DNA from: a virus
Lineage: Duplodnaviria > Caudoviricetes
Strand: one strand, 5' to 3'
DNA length: 64,000 nt
IMG/VR virus record: IMGVR_UViG_3300015360_000043
Location: 774 to 64,773 of that record
Positions 38,212 to 46,760 of this stretch are shown piece by piece (the first letter of the stretch is position 1; each line of letters starts with the position of its first letter). Made by a program: the position numbers and the translations under genes. The notes beneath the pieces are model-generated. The model saw nothing but the letters and a program-made list of their open reading frames with translations. It ran no database searches and was not told where the DNA came from.

Positions 38212-39005
38212 ATTCCTTTAAGGCGCTTTGCTCCGATCTGCACAAGATCCGATCGGTACTTCCAGTCGGCTTCAAAATAATGCCCATTCCACGCTTTTAT
38301 ACCGCCGGTGTCGGCCAAGTCAGGCGCTACCAGCGAGAGCGCCGGCTCCCCGAAAAGCACGCAGACCCTGAAGCCCAGGTCTTTGAATTTTTTGGCCCGG
38401 GCCAAACTTGCTCTTATCAGCGTTTTCAACGCCATCACTTCCATCGCTTTCTGCGGCTCAAAACTCACGACGAACATATTAGGCCGGAAGGCCAGCAAGC
38501 CCCCGGGTGCGAGTCCGCCCACCCCGTCACCATGCTGCCCGTCGTAGGTCCGGCACGACATTTCAGCCGCCCGCCGAGCCCCCGCAGTCGGGTACCCATC
38601 AGCGCCTATTCGGAAGTCCCACGGGGGCCTACAGCGCAGCACGTGGGTAATCATGATATCCTTCCGCCACAACCCTACGGGCTTCAGCAGCTCTTGCCCG
38701 TAAATCCAGCCTTGAGGCCCAGCCCAGCCGACCTGATCGCTGATTTCCCCCTTGGTGGGGGTCGGCAATAAGAACATCATGTTTTTGCCCTCGGGGGAGT
38801 CATCGGGACAGAACCCGGCACCTCGGGGGGCGAACTTACACATGGCACAATTGGCCGGCTTATCCATCAGCCCGCTCGGCAACCCCCCAAGGTTGACAGG
38901 GGCATGCACGAACCCTTTGACGGGCGCGAGCTTGGGCCCTTCGGCCACCTCAAGCGGCTCAACCTTGGGCAAATTCTTGGGCACTAAGGACAGCAGCTTT
39001 ATCAT
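38208..39005 (-). CDS. family 4 uracil-DNA glycosylase-like protein (degenerate)
   Basis: CAMC, G..G..L, ITHVLRCRPP, SC; usual GEAPG motif replaced by LPTP; ATGA-coupled to polA. Confidence 0.7.
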   Translation of the reverse strand: MIKLLSLVPKNLPKVEPLEVAEGPKLAPVKGFVHAPVNLGGLPSGLMDKPANCAMCKFAPRGAGFCPDDSPEGKNMMFLLPTPTKGEISDQVGWAGPQGWIYGQELLKPVGLWRKDIMITHVLRCRPPWDFRIGADGYPTAGARRAAEMSCRTYDGQHGDGVGGLAPGGLLAFRPNMFVVSFEPQKAMEVMALKTLIRASLARAKKFKDLGFRVCVLFGEPALSLVAPDLADTGGIKAWNGHYFEADWKYRSDLVQIGAKRLKGI

Positions 39006-39024
39006 TTTCTCCTCTATAAACAAC

Positions 39025-39057
39025 AAAAAAGGCCAGGGCGGGGAGCCACTGACCTTT
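39025..39057 (-). terminator. intrinsic terminator downstream of the tRNA-like gene
   Basis: minus strand AAAGGTCAG...CTGGCCTTTTTT. Confidence 0.6.
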
Positions 39058-39132
39058 CTGTTTCTCTCTTCCTTGCGTCTATTACCCTTGTCTGTCGTTT
39101 TTATAGTCCCTCGACATAAGGGATAATGAGGG

Positions 39133-39205
39133 TGGGGTACTCATGGATTTGAACCATCGCTTGCGAATTTGGATCCGCCGTGCTAACCGCTACACCAAAT
39201 ACCCC
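39133..39205 (-). tRNA. tRNA-Trp(CCA)-like gene with an atypical anticodon loop
   Basis: GGGGTATT/AGTACCCC acceptor stem, TAGCGGTTAG D region, GGTTCAAATCC T arm; GCGGA-TCCAAA-TTCGC has only a 6-nt loop. Confidence 0.6.
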
Positions 39206-39266
39206 GAAAATTATACTCGTCTCTCCGAGTCGTCAAGCCGCCTACAGGGGCTTTCCTTGTCCCTAA

Positions 39267-39872
39267 TTACTCGTACATCGCACGGGACTTACCGTCGCTT
39301 TTCTCTGCCGACTTTTTAAGAGCCTTCAGTTTATCAGCCGTGGGGAAGAACAGGTTGTCGATCTCGTAGCCGTTCTCCAGCACCCGGACAGGCTTTCCCT
39401 TGTCGTCCAGGTCGCCCGTTACGGACGTTTTCTGCTTGAGCACATAACCGATGGTTCGCGTCTTCTCGAAGAACTTGTTCAGCACCTTGCTGATGTCCTC
39501 TACTGTCGGGTCCCCGTCGCTATCGGGCGGAAGGCTCAACAGCAAGTCTTCCAATTCAGCCGCCGCCTCTTCCTGGCCGGTCAGCCCTTGAAGGATGCTC
39601 ACGTTGCCGTGCTTGCTGATATTTCGGCCAAAGACAAACTGCGTCTTGGAGTCGGGCAGGTCCGTTTTCGGATTGAATCCCGGCTTGAGCCACTCGGGCC
39701 GGTACAGCAGCATCACGTTGAAGTTCGGACTCGCGCCTTCGCCGGTGATACCGAAGGATTGATTGATGTAAGTCTGGCTCTCGGTAGGCTTGGCTTCCTT
39801 CACGTCGGTGATGGTGCCTACGCAGTAGAGTCTGGGTTTGATATCGGCCTGAGCCGCAATGATTCTTGACAT
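39267..39872 (-). CDS. putative ssDNA-binding / replication protein
   Basis: OB-like N-terminus (YCVGTITDVKEAK...YIN); follows the Sak4-like and Cas4-like genes; own promoter; strong codon bias. Confidence 0.5.
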   Translation of the reverse strand: MSRIIAAQADIKPRLYCVGTITDVKEAKPTESQTYINQSFGITGEGASPNFNVMLLYRPEWLKPGFNPKTDLPDSKTQFVFGRNISKHGNVSILQGLTGQEEAAAELEDLLLSLPPDSDGDPTVEDISKVLNKFFEKTRTIGYVLKQKTSVTGDLDDKGKPVRVLENGYEIDNLFFPTADKLKALKKSAEKSDGKSRAMYE

Positions 39873-40034
39873 GGTATTGTATGGTTGTTTAAACGGTTAC
39901 TGCAATGAATGGGCCGTTGGCGAGGGCCCGAGCGCGGTAGTCTAGGGCGCATCGGGCCCTCTTGGACAGCGTACCGGGCACCCGAGGATTTAGGTGGCCC
40001 TGTCCGGTACACAAGTTGTTCGCCGGTCACTTTT

Positions 40035-40063
40035 AGATTACCCCGGCGAGGGAAGATTGTCAA
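40035..40063 (-). promoter_or_regulatory. sigma70-type promoter
   Basis: TTGACA-17 nt-TAATCT. Confidence 0.6.
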
Positions 40064-40071
40064 CCCGGGGG

Positions 40072-41049
40072 TTAGACTGGCTTGGTCAACCGGGTAAACG
40101 GTTTTGGAGTTGGTATCGGGAGTTCAAGCTGGGCAAACAGCTCTTGAAAAAGCTGAACCCCGTCGGCGGGAAAACTCGGCTTGAGATCAAACCCTCGCAG
40201 CTTGGCCGCGTTGTTCTGGTTAGGCAGGACAGAGAACGTGTACTCGCGGTCGGAGAGGTCCTTGTCCGAATCTCCAGTAACTGAGGTGGCCGACGACCGC
40301 ATCACGATGTCGAACGCGGCCATAGCCAGCTTGCCGCCCGCACCTTGCAACAGCGGTTCCTTGGACTCCGTGAAAGCTCCCGAGACGCCGGTCTTGTGCT
40401 TGAGGGCTTCGAGCCCCGTGGCTATCTTGTGCCAGACTTTGCCCGTGGTCGCGTTTTTCATGTCGCAAAAGGAGTTAAACGCTCGAACAGTCGCGTTTCG
40501 GATCCGGCCCCACGACTGCTGGTCGTTCTGGATACCGGTGGAGACGGCCTCGTCTACGTCCTTGCCGAGGGCGATTTCTCCGCAGTACTCGGAGACGTCG
40601 ATTTGCTGAAAGCTGCTAGACCCATCCCAGAATACAAAATCGGGGTCCCAGGCGTCGATATCCGGGATGACGGTACTGGGAGCCGCGAAAAGGTTCGTCA
40701 CGGCCTCGTAGCCTGAAATCTCGACCTCACGCAAGCGGGTCCGAGCCTCGGCCCAGGTGCCCTCCCGCTTCAGCGGCAGCGTGACCGTGGTGAGACCGGA
40801 GCCGCCGACGTCGGTGGAGATCACCAACACCTTAAAGCCCAGGTCTAGCAGCGCCTTGACAAGCAAGGTCTTGCCGGTGGCCATCGGCCCGAAGATGAAC
40901 ATTTTCAGGTAACTGGAATCAGTCTCCGCGTAGTTGTTGAATTTGACCCGCGGAGGTGTCAAAGTACGAGCAGTGCCGCCGCCGATGAATTTATCCTTGG
41001 TAGGAGAGGTGGCCGGGGCCGCTTGGGGTTTTAGTTTAAGATCTGCCAT
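40072..41049 (-). CDS. AAA_24 / Sak4-like ATPase (ssDNA annealing)
   Basis: IFGPMATGKT, VFWDGSS, WG, PLLQG, FDIV. Confidence 0.8.
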   Translation of the reverse strand: MADLKLKPQAAPATSPTKDKFIGGGTARTLTPPRVKFNNYAETDSSYLKMFIFGPMATGKTLLVKALLDLGFKVLVISTDVGGSGLTTVTLPLKREGTWAEARTRLREVEISGYEAVTNLFAAPSTVIPDIDAWDPDFVFWDGSSSFQQIDVSEYCGEIALGKDVDEAVSTGIQNDQQSWGRIRNATVRAFNSFCDMKNATTGKVWHKIATGLEALKHKTGVSGAFTESKEPLLQGAGGKLAMAAFDIVMRSSATSVTGDSDKDLSDREYTFSVLPNQNNAAKLRGFDLKPSFPADGVQLFQELFAQLELPIPTPKPFTRLTKPV

Positions 41050-41083
41050 GGTTGTGTAAGTTGAATGTGGTTGATATTGGTGG

Positions 41084-41275
41084 TTAGCCCGGAGGCTGAG
41101 TTATTAGGTGTGTGTGGATTTTGTCTCGTAGAGCTTGTAGTTCAACGAGCTCTTGTTCTATCCGAGAGAGTAACGGCCCGGGGCCCAGCCGCAAACAAAA
41201 CCGAGTCTGGGCGACTACCTGATGCTGTAAGATGTTACCCAGTTGCTCCAGTTCCCCGTGAGATAGCTGTATCAT
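41084..41275 (-). CDS. hypothetical protein
   Basis: 63-aa ORF with ATGA coupling. Confidence 0.5.
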   Translation of the reverse strand: MIQLSHGELEQLGNILQHQVVAQTRFCLRLGPGPLLSRIEQELVELQALRDKIHTHLITQPPG

Positions 41276-42126
41276 AGTTTGTAAACCTGCCTGTATATTT
41301 CCGCCATGCCCCGGTGGACCGCAGAACCAAACTCCGTTGCCTCACTGCCCCCACGCTCAGCGCCGGCAAGCCGGCTTCGCCGAAACTTCTCGGGGCAGGA
41401 AAGGAACCTCTCAGACCCAGAGTAACTGATAGGCCGGGTGAAGTCAATTCCTCCAAACGGCCCCTCTTCCTCGCCGCAAGGCCCGCTGTACTCGCAGTCC
41501 ATCCCATAGCTAAAGCAGGCCGACGGGCGGTGCTTCGGCCACATAGGAAAGTCCTTCAAGGCGTCTATCTGCGAGTAAATGCCCTTCAGGTGCATGTGAA
41601 CCAGCGCGGTGTTTCCGAACGGTACCACGATCGGCACCTCGCGGAAAACCTTAGTCCGGCTAAGCCCCCGGTACAAGATGACTTGGACGTCCCGCTGGGC
41701 GGCGTAAATTCGCCACTGCCAGGAGTCCTTGAGGTCATTTGACCATTTGGTATCCAGCCCGCCGCCGCTGGTCTTCCAGTCGATGATGAACTTCTGGCCC
41801 GCGTAGGGTTTGAACGCGGTGGAGAACCCGAGCAGCTCGCCTTCTATGTCGATAATGGATTTTTGCAGCAGGCCCGGGAACTCCGGTACCAGTGCATCGT
41901 CGTGTTCCTGTTCGACATGGGAGACCTTCAGGTTGAGAAGGTCGAGAGGCAGCCATCGTTGGGCGGTCAGGTAGACTATCTCGCGGGCGTCGGTTTGCTC
42001 AAAACTGTAAGACCGGGAGCCCTGCTCGGAGAGATCCCCGACCGCGGCGGATACCCGATCCCAGTCAATGCCCGCTTCAATGAAGGGCCAGGGGGTCAAC
42101 TGCTCGGCGACGGTGACCTTCGCCAT
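41272..42126 (-). CDS. Cas4/RecB-like PD-(D/E)xK exonuclease, circularly permuted
   Basis: VEQE, IIDIEG, IIDWKTS, QWRIY, C-x6-C-x5-C, then the normally N-terminal SYS..F.SCP...FGSAVH block. Confidence 0.8.
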   Translation of the reverse strand: MAKVTVAEQLTPWPFIEAGIDWDRVSAAVGDLSEQGSRSYSFEQTDAREIVYLTAQRWLPLDLLNLKVSHVEQEHDDALVPEFPGLLQKSIIDIEGELLGFSTAFKPYAGQKFIIDWKTSGGGLDTKWSNDLKDSWQWRIYAAQRDVQVILYRGLSRTKVFREVPIVVPFGNTALVHMHLKGIYSQIDALKDFPMWPKHRPSACFSYGMDCEYSGPCGEEEGPFGGIDFTRPISYSGSERFLSCPEKFRRSRLAGAERGGSEATEFGSAVHRGMAEIYRQVYKL

Positions 42127-42341
42127 TATGCGGGATCCTCGTCACCGGGGGCCGATAACCACTTCAGCGCCGCGGTCCAAATACTGGTCTTTAGCTGGTG
42201 GTATATGTGGTGGTCGTGCCCGGTCCTGACAGCATCCGCCCGGGTCGCCAAAAACCGCTGGTCGTTCACATGCGATTGAAAGCGCAGCTCGGAGGGCACC
42301 TCAGCCGAGCCGGAGAGTTTTTCGTACACTGGTATGCTCAT
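42126..42341 (-). CDS. hypothetical protein
   Basis: ORF coupled to both neighbours. Confidence 0.55.
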   Translation of the reverse strand: MSIPVYEKLSGSAEVPSELRFQSHVNDQRFLATRADAVRTGHDHHIYHQLKTSIWTAALKWLSAPGDEDPA

Positions 42342-42871
42342 TGTTCTGCCTTGTTGAAAATGTCAGCTAGCGCCCCGAGGTCAATCTCGATCGCGGGCCC
42401 GGCATGCTTGAGCCCCACCTCAGGATCCTCAGCTATCTGCTTGGCCGCATTCAGCGCGTCTTTTCGTAAATCCGGGTCGTCGCTGTTAATCCCCCGGGCG
42501 AAGGCTTGATTCAGCCCGCCCCGGATCATCATTTTTCGGACCTCGGCGGGCAAGTACCCCTGCACGACCAGCCCTTGGACCTGGGCCATAAACGCCGGGT
42601 CGGCAATCAAAGTCCCCACCGTAGCGTGTAAACGCTTGGCGGCCATCTGCACCGTCTCCCCCGTCAACATCAAATCCACAAACTTCTTCGCCGTCTTCCC
42701 GGCCACCGTGGCGGGGTTTTTCGACGCCCCGTGCCCGTTTTCCACCTCCACTATTGTGTCTGACATAGGCAAGGGGACCCCCTCCGGGGGCGCAGAGGCC
42801 GACCCCTGGTACTCGTCGGGGCTCAGCCGGGGGGCGATATCCGGGTGGTTCTGCTTAAAGCGGGACATCAA
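42338..42871 (-). CDS. HTH-like protein, candidate terminase small subunit
   Basis: KKFVDLMLTGETVQMAAKRL helix-turn-helix-like segment; DLRKDALNAAKQI. Confidence 0.45.
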   Translation of the reverse strand: MMSRFKQNHPDIAPRLSPDEYQGSASAPPEGVPLPMSDTIVEVENGHGASKNPATVAGKTAKKFVDLMLTGETVQMAAKRLHATVGTLIADPAFMAQVQGLVVQGYLPAEVRKMMIRGGLNQAFARGINSDDPDLRKDALNAAKQIAEDPEVGLKHAGPAIEIDLGALADIFNKAEQ

Positions 42872-43259
42872 AGCCCCCGGGGAACCCTAATTCCGTCGCG
42901 GGCTTGCTGGGATGCCCTTTGGGTGGTGCTGGCAGCCCCGCCACGGCGTCAAGCCACCCGAGCGGGTCTTGGGGGTCGCCGAAATAGCCGCGAGCCTCTA
43001 GAGCGCCTTGGATGATGTTGTACAGGGCGGGGGAGGCATTGCCGGTGTAAACCCAGAAGGCCCCGGCGCGGTGCATGGGCATACGCCACTCTGCACGGCC
43101 ATCTTTACCCCGCCCTCCCATGCAGCCTTTGATGTCTACCCCGATGTCGTTGTGGTCCGGGGTGGTCCACCAGAGGGAGAGCGTGAACCGGAAGGGTTTG
43201 AGGTAATCCTTGACCTGCCGGTGGATGAATTCTACGTCAGAAATTGATATGCGTGCCAT
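42855..43259 (-). CDS. hypothetical protein, SpoVG-like beta motif
   Basis: VDIKGC...GKDG..EWRMP. Confidence 0.5.
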   Translation of the reverse strand: MARISISDVEFIHRQVKDYLKPFRFTLSLWWTTPDHNDIGVDIKGCMGGRGKDGRAEWRMPMHRAGAFWVYTGNASPALYNIIQGALEARGYFGDPQDPLGWLDAVAGLPAPPKGHPSKPATELGFPGGFDVPL

Positions 43260-43268
43260 TCAATACCA

Positions 43269-43802
43269 TTATAGCGTGGGGCCCTCCAGGAAGGCAAGCA
43301 CGCCCGGGGTCCGCCGGGCAGCCTCCTTGGCCGCTTGCATCTCAGCATGGGCAGCCCGGTTCGCGGCCCGTTTGAGATCTTTGGCCTCCTTGCGTAAATT
43401 CACCGCGGTCTTGCCGTTGGGATCCAATCGAGAGGCGAGACGCCTCTTAGCATCTTCGGTCTGATTTTCGGTCAACAAGTCTGGGGCGATAAGGTAAACA
43501 TCCTGGGGCTTCATCTGTAAGAACTTTACAGAGTCGTCCCGGAGAAGCGAAGTCCCGGTAGCCTCTTCGAACAGAGGTGATACCTCATCGACTATCTCAG
43601 CGGCAGTAGTAGTCGATAGATGCACAGTACGGTTAAAGAAACTGCCGTATCTATAAACAGGAGGCATGGCAAGGGAGTCTCGAATTCGGAAGCCGGGCAC
43701 CAGCATGCCGCCGGTCTCCCCGAGCGTGAAGTAGACTCCGAAGAAGAACAATTCGGGTTCTGTGGGTGAGCGTTTAAACGCTGTAATTGTGGGTTTTGTC
43801 AT
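43269..43802 (-). CDS. hypothetical protein, SpoVG-like N-terminus
   Basis: GGMLVPGFRI....AMPP; basic helical C-terminus. Confidence 0.5.
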   Translation of the reverse strand: MTKPTITAFKRSPTEPELFFFGVYFTLGETGGMLVPGFRIRDSLAMPPVYRYGSFFNRTVHLSTTTAAEIVDEVSPLFEEATGTSLLRDDSVKFLQMKPQDVYLIAPDLLTENQTEDAKRRLASRLDPNGKTAVNLRKEAKDLKRAANRAAHAEMQAAKEAARRTPGVLAFLEGPTL

Positions 43803-43961
43803 TTGGGTCTCGAAAAAATGGTCCGTATATATTAACGCGCGGGTATACGCGGCGTGGGGGCGGTCGCACAGTGGAAGAATCAGCAAAGGCTGATTCGATA
43901 ACATAGGGGCACAAACCCCGGGTCGGGCCCTTGACGGGCCCTTCTCACTCCGGCTGCCGGG

Positions 43962-44768
43962 CTAGAAGTCCTCAGGGTTGCTAGAGGTCGCCGAGGCCCG
44001 GCGAGGGTCGTAGAGGCCCGCGGAGAAATCGTTCGCCATTGCGAGGGCGGTGGCGGGCTTGGCGGCGGCGTCGAGCCGGGCGTACAGGGTGGTGAAGTCG
44101 AAGACCACCTTCCCGTACTCCAGCGGGGTGATGGTGTAGCCCCGGGCCGTAAACCTCAGCACCCGCAGAAGGGAGCCGGCGAGGCGATTCCGGGTGTACG
44201 CCGGGTCGAGGTTGCCGCCGAGCAGGAGCCCGGATTTGATTTCGTCGGGGGAGGGAGGAGCCGGCCAGGAGAACGGGGTGTAGGTGAGCGCCTTGGTAAG
44301 GACGTCGTGCTCCCAGGTTTGGTGGACCAGGAGCTTCCAGGCATTGCCCGTTTTGGGCCACCAGAGGGCCGCCATGCTCACGGTGAAGTCAAAGTGAGGT
44401 AGGAGGTCCTCCGGGGAGGCGAAAGTCATCAGGTGGACGAGCTGGATGGGGAGCCCGCCTCGGATGCCGGCGAAGGTGGTCGCCCGCTGGGAGTAGGTGA
44501 CCTTGCTGGTTTGCAACTGTTCGCTGAAGAACTTCTCCACCTCAGCACGGAGGGGGGAGTTCTCGGATATGAAGAAATCGTAATCCCGAGGTAGGCGGTC
44601 GGCCAGCCGGTCCCCGAGGGACCCACCGGCGAGCACCAGGGTTTCGGGGAAGGCCTGGAGGAGCAGGAGGATGGTTTCCGGCACGGTGGAGAGGTGCTGG
44701 AGGGGGTAGGAGGGGATGTAGTAGAAATTTTTGGGGGCCGAGTCGCGTAGTGGCGATAGGAGAGACAT
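43962..44768 (-). CDS. tRNA nucleotidyltransferase / poly(A) polymerase head-domain-like protein
   Basis: LAGGSLGD....PRDYDFF, IQLV, FDFTVSMAA, LLRVLRFTARGY. Confidence 0.8.
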   Translation of the reverse strand: MSLLSPLRDSAPKNFYYIPSYPLQHLSTVPETILLLLQAFPETLVLAGGSLGDRLADRLPRDYDFFISENSPLRAEVEKFFSEQLQTSKVTYSQRATTFAGIRGGLPIQLVHLMTFASPEDLLPHFDFTVSMAALWWPKTGNAWKLLVHQTWEHDVLTKALTYTPFSWPAPPSPDEIKSGLLLGGNLDPAYTRNRLAGSLLRVLRFTARGYTITPLEYGKVVFDFTTLYARLDAAAKPATALAMANDFSAGLYDPRRASATSSNPEDF

Positions 44769-45004
44769 GGTGATTAGGTTCCTTGGTTGGGCCCCACGGA
44801 GGGGGCGGTAGGGGGAGCCGGCGACCAGCGGTTTTTCGAGCCGGCGTAAGCGATTGCGTTGGGGAAGTTGATGTAGATGGCCAGGATTAGCCCGGCGGGG
44901 TAGTATGATTTGACGTGCCAGAGGTACCGCTGGTGGTAGAAGGAGTAGACGCCGACTACGTGGACTTTGTGGGGTATTCGCATAAGGATTAGGGGTAAAA
45001 TACA

Positions 45005-45040
45005 AAAGGGCCTAGTAGTCGGATAGACTAAAGGCCCTTG
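45005..45040 (-). terminator. putative terminator
   Basis: minus strand AAGGGCCTTTAGTC-TATCC-GACTACTAGGCCCTTTT. Confidence 0.55.
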
Positions 45041-45062
45041 TGGAGTTGTTGATGATTTTGGA

Positions 45063-45431
45063 TTATAGCCCGTTGCCGCCCCGATAGTTCCATTGGTCCG
45101 GGGGGTAGGCGTCGGGGCCGAGGTCGCCCCGGAGGGGCGCTGAAGAGGGCGCGGAAGGGGGCGTAGCCGGCGCAGCCGGCGGTACACGGCGGGCACGTTG
45201 TTGTTCTGCGACGTAATCATGAAGAGCCGCTTGGGCGGCCATGTAGGCGTCGAGCTCGCGGGAGTCGTTGCCCGAGGGGGCGTCGTGGTAGGCGATGCAG
45301 CCGGCGACGATTCGGTCGAGCAGGGCGACCTTTCGGAAGATCGTTGCGGTGATTTCGGCTTTACTGGCGTCGTCTTTGCGGATGCCCTCCAGGGCCTGTA
45401 GGACAATGAGGTCTAAGTCGGGTATTCTCAT
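45063..45431 (-). CDS. hypothetical protein
   Basis: coupled ORF. Confidence 0.6.
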   Translation of the reverse strand: MRIPDLDLIVLQALEGIRKDDASKAEITATIFRKVALLDRIVAGCIAYHDAPSGNDSRELDAYMAAQAALHDYVAEQQRARRVPPAAPATPPSAPSSAPLRGDLGPDAYPPDQWNYRGGNGL

Positions 45432-45865
45432 GGGATTAGCTCGCCATTAAAGGGTAGTACTGTGGCCCCTTTGGCCAGATGGAGCACCCATTGTTGGAGA
45501 GTGCAAGAGGATATTTGAGGAACCCGGTGCTTGGGCAGGATTTCCCAGGTGATGGTGTGGTCGGCGTCGCGGGTCAAGACGAGAATCATGAGGGCGACAA
45601 AAGTCCGGGGGCGTATGATGTCCCCCGGCTGGGGGTTTTTGAGGGGGTCTCTGGCTGGGGGCTCGCCGCGTAAAGCCCCTTGCTTGGAGCCCTCGGGCTC
45701 GGGCTCGTCCCGGTCCAGCGCCTCGGCCCCGGCCAGGAGGGCGTCGATCCCCGCGAGGATTTTTTGGTCGTGGGCCAGCTCGGCGGCGTCTTTGGGTGGG
45801 CCGTCTTGGCGGATGTTCAGCCGGTTGAGATCGGCGAAGGCTCTTAGGGCATCCGCGTAGTTCAT
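45428..45865 (-). CDS. hypothetical protein
   Basis: coupled ORF; RDPLKNPQPGD motif. Confidence 0.65.
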   Translation of the reverse strand: MNYADALRAFADLNRLNIRQDGPPKDAAELAHDQKILAGIDALLAGAEALDRDEPEPEGSKQGALRGEPPARDPLKNPQPGDIIRPRTFVALMILVLTRDADHTITWEILPKHRVPQISSCTLQQWVLHLAKGATVLPFNGELIP

Positions 45866-46107
45866 TTGGCCTCCAGGATGAGCGCGACGGTGTTGTCGGC
45901 GATGATGTTCATTTCGAACATGTCTACGATCTCGCGGGACAATTCCTTACCGGTGTATTCTTTCCTGTCGGGTAGCCATTCCTTTAGGATTATAGTGTCG
46001 CCGATCATAAAGCCGCGGTCGTTTTGGCGGATTTCGAAGTTCTTGCGCCGGTATCTGACCAGCATGAAGTATTCAGGGTAGCATTTTAGGGCGTGCGTTC
46101 GAGTCAT
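45862..46107 (-). CDS. DUF3850 / ASCH-like domain protein
   Basis: HALKCYPEYF...KNFEIRQNDRGFMIGD.IILKEW...YTG. Confidence 0.8.
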   Translation of the reverse strand: MTRTHALKCYPEYFMLVRYRRKNFEIRQNDRGFMIGDTIILKEWLPDRKEYTGKELSREIVDMFEMNIIADNTVALILEAK

Positions 46108-46760
46108 TTGCCCTCCAGGGCGTTGGCTTCGTCGGTTAGATCGGCGGCACGATCTCTAAGATCCGTGCTCGTCACGACGTCTAGGTCTTGGGAGACCAAA
46201 TGGGCGTTGGAGACGACAATTTGGAGTCTTTCCGCCAGCCCGCTGCCCTTGCGAATATAGCGGGAGCCGGCCACCCGGACCAGCTCCGCAGCAGCCGCCC
46301 GCTTCTCTGTCGCCTTCAACCAGACGCTGCCGGAGCCCGAAGAGGCCGCGACTGCCGCGTCTATGTCCACCGCGGCATCGTCGTAGGGGTAGTAGCCCCC
46401 GCCGCGGAGCTTGTCTGCCACGTACTCTAGTTCTCCGAGCGCCTCGGCCATACGCGCCGCCCGCAACTCAGCGGCATCCTCCATTTGATTGGACAATTCT
46501 TTAAGTTCCTTCCAGCCGTTGACTGCTTCGCGCAGCCGCGCCACCTCGGCGATCAGGTCGGGGACGATGGCGACGGAGGTGAAAAAAAGCTGATGTTCCC
46601 GAACCGCTTCCTCGGTGGTCCTGTCCCAATATCGCCCGACGTTACGGTACAGGTACCCTTCGAGATTCTCCACTTCCCACGGCACCGGCGTGCCCGCCTT
46701 ATCCAGCCCTGCCCATTCGGCCATTCTCTCGTCGAGGTCGCGGGGTTTATTTGGCTGCAT
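46104..46760 (-). CDS. Ead/Ea22-like hypothetical protein
   Basis: LDERMAEW...AGTPVPW...VPDLIAEVARLRE. Confidence 0.6.
   Translation of the reverse strand: MQPNKPRDLDERMAEWAGLDKAGTPVPWEVENLEGYLYRNVGRYWDRTTEEAVREHQLFFTSVAIVPDLIAEVARLREAVNGWKELKELSNQMEDAAELRAARMAEALGELEYVADKLRGGGYYPYDDAAVDIDAAVAASSGSGSVWLKATEKRAAAAELVRVAGSRYIRKGSGLAERLQIVVSNAHLVSQDLDVVTSTDLRDRAADLTDEANALEGK

Noticed and set aside
39905-40015. Canonical HDV-like (theta) ribozyme near the tRNA
   Set aside because: Helix order is suggestive, but the L3-equivalent loop is too long and the P1.1/J4-2 junctions do not match; kept only as a structured leader
41272-42126. Cas4 as evidence of a CRISPR-Cas system
   Set aside because: No cas1/cas2 or array; the context (Sak4-like ATPase, putative SSB) indicates a phage recombination nuclease
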